The notes beneath the pieces are model-generated. The model was not told the origin of the DNA, searched no databases, and was given only the letters and a program-made list of their open reading frames with translations. Positions 53,391 to 56,329 of a stretch of 56,329 bases of DNA are shown here, one piece after another (the stretch's first letter is position 1; each line of letters starts with the position of its first letter). The stretch lies in the NCBI GenBank assembly GCA_021372315.1, contig JAJFUT010000057.1, positions 1 through 56,329 of the forward strand, written 5' to 3'. The DNA comes from Methanobacteriota archaeon (GTDB taxonomy: Archaea; Thermoplasmatota; Thermoplasmata; Methanomassiliicoccales; UBA472). Position numbers and translations under genes: made by a program.

Positions 53391-54323
53391 ATGAGCGATG
53401 CGATCATCCTAGCGAGGGAGCTTTCGAAATGGTACGGCAAGGTGATAGGGCTAAACTCGTTCAACATCGAGATCGGGAAGGGCATCACTGGCATCGTCGG
53501 ACCTAACGGTTCGGGAAAGAGCACGTTCTTCAAGCTCATGATAGGGTCGATCAAGCCGAACGTCGGAGAACTGGTCGTGATGGGCCACCGCCCATGGAGG
53601 GACCCTTCATACCTTCGCGAGGTGGGGTTCTGCCCCGATTACGATTTCCTCCCCTCCGATACGACGGGACGGGACTATCTCAGGTTCTCGGGCGGTATGC
53701 AGGGCATGGAAGGCGCCAAGCTGTCCACCAGGGTCGACGAGCTTCTGAAGCTGGTCGGGATGACCAGGGACGCCGACAGGAACATCGGCGGGTACAGCAA
53801 GGGGATGAAGCAGCGCATAAAGATCGCTGGGTCCCTTGTGCACGATCCCCCCATGCTCCTCTTGGACGAGCCGTTCTCCGGAACGGACCCGATGGTCAGG
53901 AGGGACCTCATGGACCTGGTGAAGAGCCTCCATCATGAGCACGGTCATGACGTCATAATCTCCTCCCATGTCCTTCACGACGTGGAGAGGCTGACGAACA
54001 GCGTCGGTCTGATCTACCGCGGAAGGGCAGTCGCCACTGGCGAGATATCGGAGATCAGGGGACTGATGAGCAAATATCCACACCGCATAATCATCGAGGG
54101 AAAAGGCCTGATGGAGCTGGCAAAGCAGCTCATAGACCGCCCCTACACGGTATCCTTGCATTTGGCGCCCGACAGGAGCTCGATGACGGCCGAGGTGAGC
54201 ATGCCGGAGGATTTCTTCAACGAGATGCCGGACCTTGTCCAACGAAGCGGGAGCGAGCTCACCCAGATGAGAAGCCTCGATGACGACCTTGAATCCGTCT
54301 TCAAGTACCTGGCAGGTGATTGA
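53391..54323 (+). CDS. ABC transporter ATP-binding protein
   Basis: 310 aa. Contains GPNGSGKST, YSKGMKQRI and LLLDEPFSGTD. Confidence 0.9.
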   Translation: MSDAIILARELSKWYGKVIGLNSFNIEIGKGITGIVGPNGSGKSTFFKLMIGSIKPNVGELVVMGHRPWRDPSYLREVGFCPDYDFLPSDTTGRDYLRFSGGMQGMEGAKLSTRVDELLKLVGMTRDADRNIGGYSKGMKQRIKIAGSLVHDPPMLLLDEPFSGTDPMVRRDLMDLVKSLHHEHGHDVIISSHVLHDVERLTNSVGLIYRGRAVATGEISEIRGLMSKYPHRIIIEGKGLMELAKQLIDRPYTVSLHLAPDRSSMTAEVSMPEDFFNEMPDLVQRSGSELTQMRSLDDDLESVFKYLAGD

Positions 54324-54324
54324 G

Positions 54325-55077
54325 ATGAACGTCGATGTCAACATCATAGGCGTTCGTACGATGTTGTGGTCGTTCACGAGGAAACTGCTCCTGAACAAAC
54401 GATGGATCGTCGTATTGCTCATCGCCGCCTTCCTCGCCGCGGTGATGGGATACGCGGCCACGCTCTCTGATGATGGACTGTACGAAGGCAGCGATCTCAT
54501 GAGCTCGCTCATGCTTACGTTCCTCCTTCCGATCATGGCACTGATCTACGGCGGATCGATGCTGCGCAACGACATGGACGATAGGAGCATAACGACCGTG
54601 ATCTCCTCGCCCCTTGACCGCAGGGTAACATATCTCGGATACTACCTTTCGCTCGTCATCGCGTTGACGGTGATGCTGCTCATCGTGCTGTTCGCCGGAT
54701 GGCTCGCCTTCTTCCTGATCGATGGGATGAACGGGGAAGCGGTCGGGCTGCTGCTCTCGTACTCGGTCCTCCTCGCGATTGGGGCGTTCGTATACTCGTC
54801 GTTGTTCTTGGCGATGGGCGTGCTCATCCGCCAGCCGATATATCTCGGCCTGATCTATGCATTCGTCTGGGAAGGGTTCATAGGGTCCGTCCCCGGCGCG
54901 ATCGGCGATTATACCATCATGCGTCAGATCAAGGTTCTCGGGGCGGAGATCGTCAGCGAAGGACCGATAACAGGCCTCGAGGGGGACGTTATGATATCGG
55001 CGGCGGTCCTCGTTATCGTCACGGTCGCCCTTTTCGTCCTCGGGGCGTTCGCGTTCAGGGACAAGGAGATGCCCTGA
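54325..55077 (+). CDS. ABC-2-type permease
   Basis: Start trimmed to MNVDVNIIG (250 aa), 1 nt after the preceding stop. Multiple TM segments. A T8 run follows at about 55126-55133. Confidence 0.7.
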   Translation: MNVDVNIIGVRTMLWSFTRKLLLNKRWIVVLLIAAFLAAVMGYAATLSDDGLYEGSDLMSSLMLTFLLPIMALIYGGSMLRNDMDDRSITTVISSPLDRRVTYLGYYLSLVIALTVMLLIVLFAGWLAFFLIDGMNGEAVGLLLSYSVLLAIGAFVYSSLFLAMGVLIRQPIYLGLIYAFVWEGFIGSVPGAIGDYTIMRQIKVLGAEIVSEGPITGLEGDVMISAAVLVIVTVALFVLGAFAFRDKEMP

Positions 55078-55200
55078 GCGCACGATATTTTCGCCATCGG
55101 TCGAATGACCATGGCCTTTCACATTTTTTTTATTGTTCAGAACAAGGATGGAAGGGTTTTGTATGGGGGACTTGCATCCCCCTGAAGAGTTTTAGGTCGT

Positions 55201-56208
55201 TCACTCCTTGACGCCCTTTACCATCGCCTGTATGTTGGCCAATGGTACACGTGCGGCGAGGCCGCATCCCGGGGCAACCAAGTTGAAGCCAGCAGCCTTT
55301 ACGCGCTTGGCCATGTTGTAGTTGTCCTCGGGGGTTCCCTGGAGCAGCGGGCGGACGACACCGATGTTACCAACGAGTGCCTTGCGTCCGTTCACGAGCT
55401 CGACGGCCTTCTCTGGCGAGACCTTCTCCTCGATGGAGAGGCAGTCCGCGCCGGTTGCGATCATGTGGTCGAGCAGGATGGTCGTGTCGCCGCAGATGTG
55501 CAGGCAGGTCTTGGCCTTTCCCGCGTCAGCGAAGGCCTCCTTTGTATAGGGCTTCGCGAACTCATCGAACATCTCTCCGGACAGCATGTCGGTGGATGCG
55601 GACGGGTCGCTCATGACGATGACATCGGCGCCGGCATGTGCGAGGGCCTTGATGTACTGGCGCTCAAGCTGGGCAGCTGCCTTGATGAACTTGGCGACCG
55701 GCTCAGGGTCGGTGATCATCCAGAGAAGCAGGTTCTCTGTTCCGACGAGGTGACCAGCGATGGTCAATGGTCCGGTAGTTCCTACGACGATCGGGTACTC
55801 GTTGCCGACCTTCTGCTTGCAGAGCTTGATAGCTTCGACGACGGTCTTGGCGCGTCCAACGATGACGTCCTTCGGGACCTCGATCGGGCTCTCGGCCTCG
55901 AATGCGTGCTGCTTGACCATAGGGGTGCGGTCCAGCTTACCAAGGTCGACCTTGCATCCCATGATCTCGGCCTCGACGGTCAAACAGTACGGGAGCCTGA
56001 CGGACTCGAGCCCGGTGACCTTCGGGATGGCGCAGGACAGATCTGCCATCATCTGTGCGTTAGTGTGCGCCTCGGGCCAGAATATCTTTGCGCCCTCCAT
56101 GACATCGACTGTCACGCTCTGGGTGAAGCAGACGACTGGCGGCCTGTCCAATTTCTTCATTTCGATGGCGCCGATAACGCGCTCCTTCGGGGTCATGTGG
56201 TTTGACAT
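55201..56208 (-). CDS. methylcobamide:CoM methyltransferase (MtaA/MtbA type, URO-D family)
   Basis: 335 aa. MTPKERVIGAIEMKKLDRPPV. Zn ligands LHICGD and APGCGL. GGAGG lies upstream of the ATG. Confidence 0.85.
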   Translation of the reverse strand: MSNHMTPKERVIGAIEMKKLDRPPVVCFTQSVTVDVMEGAKIFWPEAHTNAQMMADLSCAIPKVTGLESVRLPYCLTVEAEIMGCKVDLGKLDRTPMVKQHAFEAESPIEVPKDVIVGRAKTVVEAIKLCKQKVGNEYPIVVGTTGPLTIAGHLVGTENLLLWMITDPEPVAKFIKAAAQLERQYIKALAHAGADVIVMSDPSASTDMLSGEMFDEFAKPYTKEAFADAGKAKTCLHICGDTTILLDHMIATGADCLSIEEKVSPEKAVELVNGRKALVGNIGVVRPLLQGTPEDNYNMAKRVKAAGFNLVAPGCGLAARVPLANIQAMVKGVKE

Positions 56209-56329
56209 CTATTATTCCTCCATTATGTTTCTTTAACACCTTTAAAATCGTTTACGGTGTCGGATAATTAGATTTCCTTTACTTAAAGGATTCTCCCATC
56301 CAACTTAGTTCATACCAGTTAATAAAAAA

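Noticed and set aside
1-56329. Search for mobile elements, prophage, tRNA/rRNA and toxin-antitoxin or defence cassettes
   Set aside because: No transposase or integrase motifs, tRNA-like cloverleaf candidates or terminal repeats with target duplications were recognised by eye. The AbrB-type gene has no toxin partner, since hgcA follows it. tRNA absence should still be confirmed with tRNAscan-SE.

Overview
GC-rich archaeal (methanogen) chromosomal segment with about 60 protein-coding genes. I found no rRNA, tRNA, CRISPR array or IS/transposase. The centre (about 19.6-39.7 kb) is a methyl-coenzyme M reductase (MCR) supercluster on the minus strand. It holds the marker operon mmp3-mmp6-mmp5-mmp15-mmp17-mmp7 (24841->19636), atwA-mcrC (27867->25622), mcrB-mcrD-mcrG-mcrA plus a small trailing ORF (37572->33083), and ycaO-tfuA (39675->37829). 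A plus-strand block inside this cluster carries the mercury-methylation pair hgcA-hgcB (29456-30747), preceded by an AbrB-type gene and a perfect palindrome and followed by a small Cys protein. The left arm carries class II RNR (nrdJ), trpB2, three stand-alone DUF835 paralogs, and a wHTH-STAND-TPR NTPase. It also carries a secreted protein built from seven identical IIPGTDPH octapeptides, and a copper module (copR-TRASH, copA, and an unlisted YHS mini-ORF). The right arm carries nucleotide-sugar genes (ugd, galU, epimerase). It then has a soluble MtrA-like/MtrH-like pair next to a RamA activase, an MBL-fold protein and MtaA/MtbA-type zinc methyltransferases, which is my best candidate for an uncharacterised system. 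A 2+2 ABC-2 exporter follows. The gene content (mcrBDGA without mcrC, no membrane mtr subunits, methyl-corrinoid machinery, hgcAB) fits a Methanomassiliicoccales-type methyl-reducing methanogen, but that taxon is an inference. All family calls rest on motif recognition by eye; no searches were run. Many long ORFs in the track are antisense or off-frame artefacts of GC-rich coding DNA and were discarded.
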